In this document: positions 1 through 13,447 of the stretch, one piece after another
Layout of the letters: each line of letters begins with the position of its first letter
Position numbering within the stretch: position 1 is the stretch's first letter
NCBI RefSeq assembly: GCF_006345805.1
Contig: NC_042997.1
Span: 82,398,001 to 82,462,000 of the forward strand
Length of the DNA: 64,000 nucleotides
Origin: Octopus sinensis
Taxonomy: Eukaryota
Reading direction: 5' to 3'
Notes under the pieces: model-generated
Database searches by the model: none
Told to the model about the DNA's origin: nothing
The model's input: the letters and a program-made list of their open reading frames with translations, nothing else
Program-made: the position numbers and the translations under genes

Positions 1-415
1 AACATGGCAGCCTCAACTTGACGGACAGATGCCTCATCAATGGCAGAAGGGGGGGGGGCGACCAGATCTGGGAGGTGTTTCCACAGAGTTCCAACCATGT
101 TTGAATTCACGATGCCACCGTTTTACAAGGTCATATGATGGGGCATCATCACCATTAGTTACTTTCATTTCATCAAAAGTCTCCCGTGGTGTGCGTCCTT
201 TCAAATACAAAAACTGGATCACTGCTCGACACTCAACAGGCTCCATTTCACACTTGACTCGGTTCAAACACCTGTAAATCAGAAACCACAATTAATTCAG
301 AGCTGTAATTTGCCACTTACTCTATAGAGATATAAATGATTGCACATGCAAAATTTCAGCTAGATCAAACAACTGCAAGTGGGTCAGAGGCATTACTTAT
401 TGAACGTCCCTCGTA
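1..415 (-). mobile_element. Mariner-like DNA transposon, 5' part (runs off window edge)
   Basis: ORF 37..291 encodes a mariner N-terminal HTH (CRAVIQFLYLKGRTPRETFDEMK...YDLVKRWHREFKHG...PRSGRP), continuing after a frameshift as SAIDEASVRQVEAAM; mariner-type TIR TA-CGAGGGACGTTCAATAAGT on the minus strand ending at 415. Confidence 0.85.
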
Positions 416-1383
416 TTTGCATGCGCCACTAGAGGATACATCACTATCACCATTTCACAGGTTCACACCATGACTCTAGATCAGAGCAACCTTACAGAGA
501 AGAGGTTTCCAGGTAGAAGATGAGGTATTTTCCTTTCTGTTTGCAGGTTTCTTTCAGAGCCAAAGTATTAGAGAACACCACATACTGAGAAGTAGTCAGA
601 AGAATGACTGCACACGTTCAAGTATCATGTTATGAGTTTGAAGACACATTAGGTATTGTTAGAGATGTCCAGAAAATACTAATGGAAGTTGTCTGCAACT
701 CAGTCATCTTTGTATAATGCATCACGGAATCTGGAAGCTTTTCAGCATATCATGACGGTGAAGGTGTAGCCAAAGTAGCTAATAATGTTGACTGTATATT
801 CGGTAGTAACATATTGAGATTGGGGGTATCCTTTAAAGGAAAGGATGGGAATGGAGGATCAGGAAAGATAGTAGTAACTACTGGGAGTCAACTGGAAAAA
901 CAAACCAACAAAGGGAATCAATCAGTCACTTGAATTGCAAGAGATAACTGAATCTCCCCCAACCTGCTTAAAAGAGAAGTATATACCATATAATATAAAC
1001 TTAGATATACTGTGTAAAAAAATGACAGGACGATTGTAACATGATGATTCAATTTAATATTTAGAACACCTATGTCCCTTTGTGTGTGCCTTAAAAAAGA
1101 ACATCACATGATTCAAGATTTAAAAAAAAGGTAAACAAGATGGCAAAGTAAAGTAACATGTTTAAAAATCTGTCTGCTTCATTTGTATATAACAACATAT
1201 CATTGGTCATAGTTGAAACATTTTTCATTTTAGGTTTGCTACATCAGGGTGACCTGTGGCTAAACAATTAAAGAAGAGCCTTGTAACTTGGAATTGACCT
1301 GCTCTCACTTTTCAGAAAGAAAATGAACATCCATCCATCCATACATACCACACATTATGTACATATCAGTTTCTATTTGCGAT

Positions 1384-1535
1384 TTACAAAAACAAGATTT
1401 CCCTGTTGCATTTTCTTTCTTCTTTATAATTATTTTCATTTTCATTCCTATTAGTTTTAACTGGTATTACTAAAGGCTTCCATGGTACTGGGTTGAAAAA
1501 AGTTGAAGGTGGACAAGCATTCTTGTTAGTGTATC
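1384..1535 (-). CDS. CCDC34: CCDC34 last coding exon (GYTNKNACPPSTFFNPVPWKPLVIPVK...LFL*)
   Basis: Polypyrimidine tract plus tttgcag acceptor; phase 1 joins exon 43365 (KLR g|ga = G); 152 nt = 2+150; FFNPVPWKP matches the conserved CCDC34 C-terminal FYNPIPWKP motif (recalled family knowledge). Confidence 0.85.
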
Positions 1536-1904
1536 CTGCAAAGAAATAGAAAAAACAAAAATGTTTCACTATTTTTGATATAAACCCAACATTAAGATAT
1601 TTCAACATTAAGTATTCAAACTTTGAAACTGCTTCAAGATTTCTTATTGTACACACTACAGATATGCTCAACAAGTTCTTTTGTATTTGCAATTTGCCTC
1701 TGGCCTTGAAAATCTTTTCACTCCTTATGGTTTAAAGTAAAGATGTCCTATTTCTTTTGATTAAAATAGCTAGCTGTTTTTCTTCTCCAACTAAAAGTGA
1801 AATTTCAGTTAAAAATTTATTTTTGCTTTCTGCACTTAGTACATGACCCATCTGACTCATTCAAATTCATGTCAATGACCCATTTAAGTGATTTTCCTTC
1901 ATTC

Positions 1905-1938
<34 letters not shown>

Positions 1939-2099
1939 CCAGTATGGAAAATGAATGTTAAATGATGATGATGATAGGTTAGCCAAAATGTCTATTCAGT
2001 TTTGTGTTGATACTAAACTCTAATAAGTCAGTTTGTCTCTTGTGCATGCACACTTGTTAGATACTGGACACTTCATTGTACTTCAATACAGCAAAAGAG

Positions 2100-2470
2100 A
2101 TGACTCCGAAAATGAAGAATCAAACAGACATTATCAACATCTTGTGCTTTTTTAGTGAAAGAAAGGCAAGAAAACAGCAGAAACCTGTATGAAGAAGATG
2201 CTATTATTGGATGTGTATGCCATTTAGGAAATATTTAGTTTAAGATGTACCTTGCTCTAGCCAACTAACTGAAATTAATAGCTACAAAATGAAGGAGTTA
2301 GGTGACACCAACCCCGTTATATAACCAAGATGATCACAGAAATTCTTTTAATATCCAGATCCAGAATTGAAAACCATCTGCTTCAACTTGGTTACATCAA
2401 CAGGCTCAATATTTGAGTTCCACAGCAATTGAATAAGGCTAACCTCAACTGATGTATTTCAATCTGCAAT
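2100..2470 (+). mobile_element. Degenerate mariner transposase fragment
   Basis: Broken frames give mariner-like pieces (HYQHLVLF..RKGKK; EILNISRSRIENHLLQLGYINRLNI*VP); multiple stops and frameshifts. Confidence 0.6.
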
Positions 2471-2654
2471 TCATTGCTGAAACGTGAAGAAAACAAGCCT
2501 TTTTTGATGACAGAGGAATAAAAAATAGACAGTCTATAACAACATAAAGTGCTGACCCACTAAGTAACAGGGGCATAAACATAATCAGAGGAACGTTGGT
2601 TGTCAAGTGGTGGTGGGGAACAAATATACACAAACATATCCAATGAGCATTTTT

Positions 2655-2790
2655 TTAGTTTCCATCTACTAAATTCACGTGCAAGGTATTGGTTGGCCCA
2701 GGGCTATAGTAGAAGACACTTGCCCAAGGTACCATGCAGTGGGGCTGAATCCATGATCGCAAAGCAAGCTACTTAATCAAGCAGCTATTC
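2655..2790 (-). mobile_element. tRNA-derived SINE family A, 5' fragment
   Basis: Homologous to the full copy at 54893-55293 (ggcccagggctatagtagaagacacttgcccaagg...cagtggg). Confidence 0.7.
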
Positions 2791-5777
2791 CTGTGTTTAC
2801 GTGTGTATTGTGTTGGTAATACTACAGAAATATTAATGTGGTGGCAGAACCAGGCAGTATGTTGTATCCTTGTTCAAGGCACATAATTTCACATAACTCA
2901 AATTTCAGGTCAGGTCAGATGTGGGCTCATGTGCTGTTATACATGGTTAGAATATAGCTTTTTGCCACACAACTACAGTTGAGTCTGATATCCTAATTTC
3001 GAACCTTATCTCCATTGTATTGTTTCTATTCCTGTTCTGTTACTTTTAAGAGCTATGACCCCGAAATATTGATGAATTGAAATAAATATAACTTTGAACA
3101 TAGCCAAAATGCTGAGAAACAATGCCAACTATTGTTGGATTTGAACAAAGGACACTTTCTATTACATTACATAATAAAAACAATGCTTGGATTATCTAGA
3201 AAAGGATATCATCTTACCAATCAACACAAAGCTAACATTGGCAATGATTTGATTACTAAATATTATTAAAGTGTTGATAAACTTCTTATTACAATACACA
3301 ATGATAAAAATTATCAGCAACTAGAAGTTATTTGCACTTAATGAGTCTATTTCTGAACCCAAACATTATACACTTTAACAGTAGTCTTCAGTTATTATTT
3401 TCTTTCTATTTACTACTTGTACATTTGACTTAACTTTTGTAGATTTTTTTCTTTCTTTTCAAAATATGCTCCAACAACAATATAGCAATACTTCAGGTAT
3501 CAGTAAACCTGCATGCTTTGACTTTGTCACATTATCTGAATCCTTGTCTATACATTTCCTTCCACTACTGTCACACTCCATCTTTTATTCACCTTCACCA
3601 GCATCACATACAAATGGAAAAGGGGTAATTAGAATGGTGATCTCCACCCCTTAGCAGTTTGGTCAACTTTGAGATGCCTCATCTCAAAAGGGTGCTTGTA
3701 GCTGGTCTCTTATTATCTCTTTTTGAAATTTGAACCCATTTAACTAACTTGAAGCAGACATTGAACTGGGATGTGAAGTAGCCATGAACTTCAAGAAAAC
3801 ATTCTTAAGTAGTTAGAGTATTTCACAAGCTCAATTTCAAAAACACCTTTGATTCAATCATCAGATGTGACATCATCCTCAACTGAGTGAAAGAGAGGGC
3901 TCTAGAGTTCTTCTGCTTTGCTTGGCAAACTTATTGGGAACACTCTCATCTCTCCTCTGATGACCAGTACATTTTTTTCCATTTTGTGAGTTCAGCAAGT
4001 GACTCATTAATCTTGCTCCAGTTGAAATGGACATAGATGACATCACTAGATGGGTGTCTGACTTGGATCTGAGTGTCTAGTAATTTGGTGATGCTTGTTT
4101 AGAGTGAAGTTGTTGACAGAGGAACTTGTTTAATGGTTCAAAATCTGAACTTTGAATTCTTAGCTGATCATCTTCGAAACTATGGTTTCCTTCTCTATCA
4201 GTATGGTTCTTTTTCAGTTCAATTTCTGATCTTCCTTTCAAACTACTTTTTTTCCTCTAAGACCTTGAAGCTTAAAGAATTCTTCAAAACATCAATGAAA
4301 TTGAAACCCATCGAAGTTTTTGTATATTTATAGATTATTCATCAATCACTATGTTAGTATGCTTTCTTAGGGCTAGTCCTTCATTTAGGCTCTCGCCATC
4401 CCTACAATTTTTTTATGATCTAATTTGTGAGAAATATAAAAGTTTGGTGGCTGTTAAACTCACTTCAGTTAGCCTGATCCAAACTATTCAGTGTCAGGGC
4501 TGACATAAATACTTCTACCTGCTTCATTTTTTTTTCTGTTCATGCTTCCTCCTACTCAGTGGGCAACATCCTTGCATTTTAAATATGGAAATGAATGACA
4601 ATAACAGAGGAAGGGGCTGCTGGGATTGTTAGTTCCAGACCAGGATAAACTGACTCAGAGAGCTTGAGGAAATTTACAATTGAAATATAAACTCAACTCT
4701 CATTTTGATCAATCTCATCAATATTCAAGGCCTTGCTTAATTTTGCAAGTGTTAAATTTCCTGGAAATTGGGTTGACACTTTAAGCCATAACAGCATTAT
4801 AGGCCACCCAATGCACTAGGGAGTGGGCCTACATACACAACCACAACCTACACAAAATAACATGCATTTTTTGGCCAATTACCTAGTGTGCACATTCCTT
4901 AATACAGTCTGTGAACAAAGAGAAATAATACATGGAGACCTGAAATTGGATAGTTCAAGGGGAGTTGATGTTTTTGAATGATATATACCAACAAGTTTTA
5001 ATGACTTGAAATTAACCTTTAAGTTGGAGATGAAAAACAAGCTTAGTATCGATTATTAATGAGGGAAATAATTGCAAAAAATTATGGATTAATTCTACAG
5101 AAAATTGTATTTCTATGCTTAGTGGGGAAACCTCTGTTAGTAAAGTGATTGCTATGGACATGTTTCGGTTTTACTAGACTTCAGACTATCACTTTCCGGG
5201 TTTGCGTGATCTATAAGATATTAAGTTACCATTTGTAGGTAACTGAAACCCTTTCCAAATTTACGCACCAGCTTGAGAGTTTATGTATGTGGTCGACCAA
5301 CCTACTACAAAACACAGGCACATCTGCCTCAAATCAAACCACATCCACTTCTAAAAGGGAAAGATAAATTAGTTAATGTGATCTTATTGGAATACATTTG
5401 ATTATTGGCTAACCTGAGGTTTAACAAAAACCCAATCATTAAACTATCCAAATAATTTACGGAAGTTATCTCCCTTATGAGGTTGCTTAGCAACTGCAAT
5501 TCATCAACTTGTACAGAGAATAACAACGTTACAAAACTCACGCTTTTCACAAGAGAAAATTTAGCACTACATTGCGTAAGTTTATTGTGTATTTTCGTTT
5601 AAGAATTTCAAAATACGACACACATGTAAGGGGCAAAAGAAAATTAAGTCTACATGATGAATATAAACGATAGCAAAATAGAAAGTCTATTTGGATTGTT
5701 GTTTAGTTCTTAAGTCAGCCTAGAACCTGGAGACCTTCGAAAGTTTTGTCGTCTACACACACACACACACACACACA

Positions 5778-5827
<50 letters not shown>

Positions 5828-6450
5828 ACACACACATATACGTATTGTGTGTGGGACTGCATGTCAGCTCATTTTCTATTTGTGGGACGATGGGTTGTCA
5901 TTTGAGGAAGACTTGCATGTTATATCTATTACATCAAGCGACCACATGTGACTTCCTTCATTGCTATTTTAACTCAAATTTTTGTTAAAAATCACTTTAC
6001 GCACGTTGTGATAACCAGAGCTGAGATTATACTTCGGTAGGGTGTTTGAGCATACTCTGATGAAACAACGATTCATCCATAGCCTTTCCATTAGTTTCTC
6101 AGTCTAACGATAAATCGCTCGATGAGCTAGAAATAGCAGCCACTATATTATACTGTAACATTCTTCGTTTTAGAACTGGGGGAGGAGGCACAGTGAGGAG
6201 TTTTTACTGCATTTTTGACTTTGAGAAAAAAATATTTTTTACAAATGTTCACTGTCTGTTTTACAAATGACCTTCCTTAAATGCAGTGAAAAAAATTATA
6301 ACATATTCAGAACACTATTTTAGAAAATTATTATCGTTCTCTTGGAGCATATAAAAGACAAATTTGGCTGGGGCAAAATGAGTAAGATAAGGTAAATCTG
6401 CCTCTTTAATTCTCCAGAATTACCTTTGAAAGTAGATTCATTCACATCAA

Positions 6451-6716
6451 CGATCTATTCAATATGACGGCCAGGTTTTTTAATTAATTTTTAAAACTAA
6501 ACACTTTGAAACTTCGGATACTAGTAGAATGCGTCATGTAGAACAGAGTTTACTCTTAACGTTTTTGACAAAATTTTGTTTTTATAAGTTATTTCGTGTT
6601 AAAGTTATCGTATTTGAGTAATTTTAACCAATCAATGACATGTATTCAGCTAAAGAAAATTACTGCTGCTGTTTGCGAACATTGAGAATACGATGATATA
6701 TATTATATATATATTA

Positions 6717-6747
<31 letters not shown>

Positions 6748-7829
6748 TACACACATTAATTATAGGCAGAAGTTATAGACTGACAATGGCCAAATTCGTG
6801 TTTGATAAGTGCCAATGATAGATATATACATATATGCCGATAATTTATATACATACATATATGTGTAAAAAAATCTCATCACGCAATCGAACCAATGAAA
6901 GATCCTCTACTTGGTCGTTCGACACGCTAAAAATAGCATCCAAAGTAACCTCCTACATAAATCACACGCCCATTGTACGTAATGTCCTAGATTATAAGAC
7001 GGTTTGCTGAAGGGTGGAATGTCTTTGATGATAGGTTTTGCTGTATCAGGGTTGATTTGAGGCTAAATGACAACAAAATTATGGTATATTAACACCCGCA
7101 CGATTTTCACTAAGAAAAAATACTTGGATTTTTTGCGTGGAATCAAGTACCCTGACCTCCTAATATGCTGCAAATCCCTTATTTTGGTTCGGAAAAAAAG
7201 GGTGGGATTGGGTGGGGGACCGCCGCCCCCTTTCATCCCGGAATCATTGGAAATTATTTTATTTTTTATTGAATGAATTCCTGTGACCTCCTAATATGCT
7301 ACAAAACCCTTTTTGGGGTCCGAAAAACGGGGTAGGGTGAGGTGGAATCCTCGTAAATTTCACCCCCACCCTCATTGATCTTTTTATCTGCACGATTTTC
7401 ACTAAGGACCATAATTTTGTTGTTATTTAGCCTCAAATCAATCCTGATACAGCAAAGCTATCATCAAAGACATTCTAGCCTGTCTTTTTAAGGATAATCT
7501 AGGACATTACATACAATGTGCATGTAGGTAGGGGGATACTTTGGCTGCTATTTTTAGCATGTCGAGCGACCAGGTAGAGGCTGTTTCATTGGTTCAATTG
7601 CAAGATGAAATTATTTTTACTCATATATGTATATATATATCATCAGCATATATGTATATATATATATATCATTGGCACTTATCAAACACAAATTTGGCCA
7701 TTGTCAGTCTATAACTTCTGCCTATTGTGTACACATTCTACCAGTATCCGAAGTTTCAAAGTGTTTAGTTAAAAAAAATTAATTAAAACATCCAGCCGTC
7801 ATATTGAATAGATATCTATTCTTAAACAT
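6451..7829. repeat. Large imperfect inverted repeat (arms ~6762-7085 / 7410-7725 plus outer 6451-6532 / 7733-7829)
   Basis: Reverse-complement matches read directly, e.g. gacggccagg..aaacactttgaaacttcggatact vs agtatccgaagtttcaaagtgttt..ccgtc; ggcagaagttatagactgacaatggcc vs ggccattgtcagtctataacttctgcc. Confidence 0.85.
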
Positions 7830-8474
7830 CAGAAAGATCAGAAATGCAATAAAACTTCAAAATATTTAGGTCAAATGAAAGAGAATCATGGGAAAATGGC
7901 ACAGGATATGAAAGTAACAAAACTTGACTAAATCAAAAAGCTCAACATAAAATATTCTCTATAGCGATCTGATTGCCAAATATTCCCACTACACAGCTAT
8001 GAGCATCTCACTTTTTTGTAGGCATATAGTTACAGTTTAGTCTCCCCACTTTTTTTTTATACTGCATATTTTTGCATGTACATAGGAACTGACTAACTTA
8101 TTTTCCATTTGAACATTTTCTTTTTTTGGAGTTTAAACTCTAGGATATAACTTTTAAAATTAGTTTGTAAAGTAAATAAAGCATAAAAAAACAGTTTGCC
8201 GTTTTTATGTAAATAATTGTCATAGGTTGAACAAACAAAGTTAAAATATTTTGTTTACAGTTCCCATTTTTCCATTAATTTTTTAACTGGCAATCCTTTT
8301 GTACTGGTAGACAACATCATTCACTCATATAACTTTCCTTTATGACATAGATAAAGAGGCTTGGCTGAAAAAGATGAATGACCTTGCCCCCTCATACTGA
8401 CACTTTATACCAATAAAGAAGGATTGCCTTTTAACTTTGTCTTGGTGCACCCCATATGTTACAGTCTGAAATCA

Positions 8475-8930
8475 TCATCATCATCTTCATAATGTAACAT
8501 CCGTTTTTCAAGCTGGCATGGGTTGGATGGTTTGACTGAAAACTAGTAAGCTGGAGAGCTGCACAGGTTCCAATCTTACTTGGCATGGTTTCTATGGCTG
8601 GATGTCCTTCCTAACACCAACCACTCCAAGAGTGTAGAGGGTGCTTTTTATGTACCACCAGCACAGGTGCCAGTTACGTACACCAGCATCAGCTACAACT
8701 ATGCTCTCACTTGGCTAGACAGGTTTCCTCAAGCAAGGTATATTGCCAAAGGTTTCTGTCTCTTGTCACTGCCTCTGTGAGGCCCAACATTCAAAGAGTG
8801 CTTTTTACATGCCACCAGCATGGATGCCAGTTATGCAACACTGGCAACAGCCATGACTATGATTTCACTTGGCTTGATGGGTTTTCTCAAGCATGGCATA
8901 TCGCCCACACCCCAAAAGTCCAGTTTATTT
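8475..8930 (-). mobile_element. RTE-clade LINE 3' UTR fragment with (GAT)n tail
   Basis: Matches 3' UTR of copies at 13448-14250 and 19333-20702; catcatcat tail at ~8475. Confidence 0.75.
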
Positions 8931-9479
8931 TGGTTCTTTGTGCCAAGAAATTTAAATCTAATGTAACTTCAGCTTTCTAGCTGTGACCCTAACTCTAATC
9001 CTGAACTCTTATCTCTAAACTTAAAACCAAACCTGACCATAAACTCTAACTACAAAACACTAATCTTTAAACCCAACCAAGACTCAAAATAATATAAGCA
9101 TACATATTATAAACTGTACTAAATTTTATTATGCATGAATCAGACTTTACCTTTTGTTTAGAAAATTTTATACTTCAGACTGTAAACTAAGGGATACACC
9201 TTTCTTGTGACAGTTGAAGACAATCACTAAATCAATACATTTCCCCCATTCCCTCAACATATGCAATATACACAATTGAGGAAGAAACAGTAGAAGTAGT
9301 GAGAGGTAACAATAACCCTTTCTTGAAATATCATACAAAAAGTACCAGAAGAATTTCACTAAATGTCATTGCAAACTGGATATAAGTAGAAAATTTCTTT
9401 TCTTAAGAATCTATCCTTATTAACAAGAGTGCCTAACCCTAGAGGCATGGCTTATTGTCTGATTTGAGCATACATTTTA

Positions 9480-9690
9480 GGATCATCAAACTGTCCTAAT
9501 ATAGGACCAAGGCCTGAAATGGGGTGGGGGTAGACAATTATACTGATCCCCAGTACTTGACTAGTACTTATTTCATTGACCCCAAAAAGATGAATAGCAA
9601 ACACAACCTTGGTAGAATTTGAACATAATGACGGCTGAAATGCAGTTAAGCATTTTGTCTGATGCGTTAACAATTCTACCAGCTTGCCAC
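9480..9690 (-). mobile_element. SINE family B copy
   Basis: Shared core ccccagtacttgactagtacttatttcattgaccccaaaagatgaa..caaa..gaccttgg..gaatttgaac, also at 11760-11970, 27500-27905, 51720-51990, 58770-59000, 61548-61760. Confidence 0.75.
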
Positions 9691-10184
9691 TTTACTATAT
9701 TTATTCATAATGACAAACCAAACTTAATTTAAGGTTTCGTCCTCACATAACTTTTTAATTTCAATTCAATAATTGGCTACAAATCCTATACTGAATGTAG
9801 AAGAACATTGGTGCTGAGCATTTCACCAATGGTAGGCCATTGGCCAGCACACACCTCTATAAAGCATACAATAATAAATAATAATTTCAGGAAGATAGTT
9901 TTCAAAAGGATTATAAATCATATAGAAAGTAAAGCTTTATTTTAAAACTAAAAGTACTATTTCTTTTTGGGGGATGAGGGCCAAAAAGAGGTGTAATGGA
10001 TTGAATGAACTCTACTATGTTACTGTTATGGATTTTATTGAGCTTAGGAAAAAAAAAAGATGAAGTTGAACTTGAAGGTATTTGAACTGAAAACTTGGAA
10101 GGACAAGATTAAGTATTGTAATATTTGAGTGTCTATTTACTGAGTTAACCATACATGTTTTCGAATAGAGCAAAGCTAATATAT

Positions 10185-11660
10185 ATATAGTTGAAATTTA
10201 TAGAAAAACAAAAGAAGACAGGTGTATAAACAACAAGCTGGTGTATTAGTTTGACACTTGGGAAAATGAAAAAGTCTTTAACATTTTGAGCCTATGTTCT
10301 TCAACAGAAAGGAACGAGAAAATAAGCTGAGAGAGAATGAAAAAAACATGCAGATTTAGCAGTCAAGCATGGCAACTGATTAGAAAAAAGATTGAAAGAA
10401 AGGGAGATAATAAAGTGTTGGTAATCCCAAATGAAGATGCGTGTGTGTGTATGTGTGAATAGGGGTTAGTGACTTAGATGTGTGGGTGTGTGTGCAAGTG
10501 TGTGCACCTGTAACGTATGGCTGCTCATATAGTGGTATGTGTGGTGATGCTATTGAAGGTCGTGTGTGAGTGTGTTGATGGTGGTGTGGGTGCTGGGAAG
10601 TGGTCAGTGCTAGTGAGTGGGGGGTAGGGTGAGTGGTATCAATGAAGAGAGGAAGTGGGTAGGAGTGAAGAGAGGAAGTAGGTGTCAGATGAAGTGAGGA
10701 GGCGAGTTAAGCCTATGTGAGACGAAGAAGCAAAGACAGAAGATTAATTCCTTTTCATGGTAAAGGCAGGAGTCTAGATGGGCTCTGTGCAAAGGCAGTC
10801 TGAACACAGGGATGTGATAGGGACGATATGGGCGCCTGTGAGGATGGTGGTGTTGGAGAGGTAGGGGCAAGTGCAGCAGCATGGGTGGGAGCAGGGGAAT
10901 GAGCCAGGCTGAGAGGTGGAGTTAGGGAAGAAACTGTGGACAAAGAGGTCATGCAGGTTGTGGGCTCGTTTGAAGGAGGGAAGGGGTACGTTGGGAAAGA
11001 TGTGCAAGGTGGAGGGGTCGGACTGAAGTTACCGGAAGGCTTGGAGAATAGTGCGTTGGAGGGGTGGTAGGTAAGTAGAAACAGGAGATGGACAACGGCA
11101 GGGTGAGTGCAGGGAGAAAGAGCAGAGGCATGGTCCATGGAATATGCCCTGGCAAGGGCAGTGTAGATAAAGGGAAACATAGAACAGTATATAAGAAGTG
11201 TTAAAGAGAAAAGCGATTAAAGGAAAAAAAATTGGATAAAGGGGTTAAGGGCCAGGTGGGAATGTGGTTCTACAAAGAGAAGAGAGGAGGGAGAAGCAGG
11301 TGTGTGTGTGTGTGTGCGTAGAGGAGTATATCCATGTATTGAGATAGACATAAAGCGTAGGGAGGTGTGTGTATATATTGTTTTTTTAAGAGGGGATGTA
11401 TGAGTAGATGTATACAAGTGTGAAAGTGTAAAAGCATTGGATAGTGAAGGTGTGGGTGGATGGTGTGTTTGTGTAATTATATTGTATGCAAAGAAGAAAG
11501 GAGGTGGCAGTGGGTATGTGTAGGAAGTGAAAGGGAAGGCAAGAGGAATGTAGAGGTTGTGGTCAAAATGTGTGTGAGGGTATAGGCGTCAGATTCTGTT
11601 GGAAGAGAAATGAGAGAAGAATGGGAGGAAAAAATGGAGAAATAAAACTTGCAACACAAA
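10185..11660 (-). mobile_element. Penelope-like retroelement, internally deleted 3' part with terminal repeat
   Basis: ORF 10774..11007 IFPNVPLPSFKRAHNLHDLFVHS...PGSFPCSHPCCCTCPYL is the linker/Cys region preceding GIY-YIG in PLEs; the end HEKELIFCL..HRLNS resembles a GIY-YIG C-terminus; terminus shared with 47620-48240 and 58590-58750. Confidence 0.75.
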
Positions 11661-11759
11661 ACTAGAATAAAAAAATTGTTTCTGTGAGAGAAAAATAACT
11701 GGTATCTATTTTACTAACACTGTTGACCATATTGAGATCATGCTCAGAAATATTAATTT

Positions 11760-11970
11760 CAAATTTTGGTACAAGGCCAGCAAGTTTGGGGTTAGGGTGT
11801 AAGTTGATTTCATTGACCCCAGTGCTCAACTGGTACTTACTTTTTCAACTCCAAAAGGATGAAAGGCAAAGTTGACTTTGGTGGAATTTACTCAGAACAT
11901 AGAGATGGACAAAATGATGCTAAGCATTCTGCATGGCATGCTAACAACCCAGCCAGCTCACTGCCTCATG
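11760..11970 (-). mobile_element. SINE family B copy
   Basis: Same core as 9480-9690 and 61548-61760. Confidence 0.75.
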
Positions 11971-12334
11971 CTCAGAAAATATTGAAACATAAAGATTTAT
12001 AAATAAAGCAATTCTGATACAAGTAAGCAAGAATCATCATCATTGTCATCAATCATACAGTCTACCTTATATCTGGCAGTGAATAATGAGTGACCCAAAC
12101 ACTTTAAAATATTTCTATTTCTTACAATAATAAACTATACAAAAACATAGAACCTATTTACAGCTATATGGATTAAGGCAACAAAGGTTACATCTTGGAC
12201 TTAACAAGGTTTTGGTTGTGTGTTAGATCAGACTTACCATTATTAATCTATAAAACAGTGGGTGTGTGTCAGAGAGAAAAAGATAAGCAAATTATAAAAG
12301 TGAGTATTCTCTTTTTAGCCTCAGAGACCATTAC

Positions 12335-12526
12335 ATGATGTTAGACACGAAGGTAGACATAGTCCTTCCAGAAGGATGTATAGACAGCAAATACATCATT
12401 GATAATCTTGGTGTTCCATTGACGAAAGCATTAACGGAAATTATACTGAAACAACCTTTGGACCCTATTGAATACTTAGCCAGATGGCTCTACAAGTACA
12501 AGGAAAACCAATCAGAACTTCAAAAG
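12335..12526 (+). CDS. Dpy-30 domain (DYDC-like)/ankyrin protein, coding exon 1
   Basis: YIIDNLGVPLTKALTEIILKQPLDPIEYLARWLYKY is a Dpy-30 dimerisation motif; acceptor ctctttttag at 12318 upstream of ATG; donor aag|gtaagc; 192 nt, phase 0. Confidence 0.88.
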
Positions 12527-12562
12527 GTAAGCCTGAGAAAAACTGAAATAATTTAAAGAATT

Positions 12563-12650
12563 ATATATATATATATAATATACACTCACTACACACACAC
12601 AAGTGCATACATACGTAAACACACACACACACTCACACACACACACACAC

Positions 12651-12701
<51 letters not shown>

Positions 12702-12757
12702 TAATATACACTCACTACACACACACAAGTGCATACATACGTAAACACACACACACA

Positions 12758-12800
<43 letters not shown>
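12563..12800. repeat. Tandem duplication (~125 bp unit) embedded in TA/CA microsatellite
   Basis: tatacactcactacacacacacaagtgcatacatacgtaaacacacacacactc occurs twice. Confidence 0.8.
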
Positions 12801-12830
<30 letters not shown>

Positions 12831-13023
12831 ATATAAATAAGAAAATGGTGAAGCAATTTAGTTGGTTCATCAGCTTTCGGATATTAGAATGTTGACTTAT
12901 TTATTTATTTAACAAAAGCGAGAACCTTAATAACATACATATATATATTATAATTCAATACATCTAAGATAAGAATACAATTATAAAAATCTTAATATAA
13001 AATATTGAAATCATTAAAATCAC

Positions 13024-13148
13024 TCTTACAGCTGTTTCAGCCTATGGAAAAAAGTAGTTTTACAGTGCCTATAGTTGTCAATTATATTGAGGTTGTAGGT
13101 ATTTAAAAATAGGGTACTTATATTTAACCATAGGCCTCATCAGAGATT
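13024..13148 (-). ncRNA. Type I hammerhead ribozyme motif (Penelope-type, palindromic helix III, long helix II loop)
   Basis: Minus strand: aatct-CUGAUGA-ggcctatgg...ccataggct-GAAAC-agct-GUA^-aga; 9-bp helix II (one G.U), stem I tct/aga. Confidence 0.75.
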
Positions 13149-13447
13149 ATAAAGAACTTTCAAAATATAAATACATGAAACAGGATACACGTACAATTTA
13201 ATATATATATAAACAAATATCTATATACACATACACACATATATATATACATAAATAAGCAAAGTATATACACCTTTACATGTGTATAAATACATAAATA
13301 AGCACAATTAAACAATAGGTCCAAGCAAATAGACCATTTGTCATATACATATATATACATATATACTGGAACATATACATACGTCCATGCTCATGACTAC
13401 ATAAACAATATATTTAATTATTACTAATATTATTATTATTATTATTA

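Noticed and set aside
3660-4410. Moderately complex non-repetitive stretch that looks like decayed coding DNA
   Set aside because: All frames contain stops and no recognisable motif; cannot be assigned without a database search.
5156-5190. Possible minimal hammerhead on the minus strand (ctgaagt...cGAAAC-at-GUC)
   Set aside because: A9 is missing, helix II and stem I do not pair; at best a decayed relic.
6055-6075. ctgatgaaac resembling a hammerhead core
   Set aside because: No helix II, GAAA partner or stem I in a valid arrangement.
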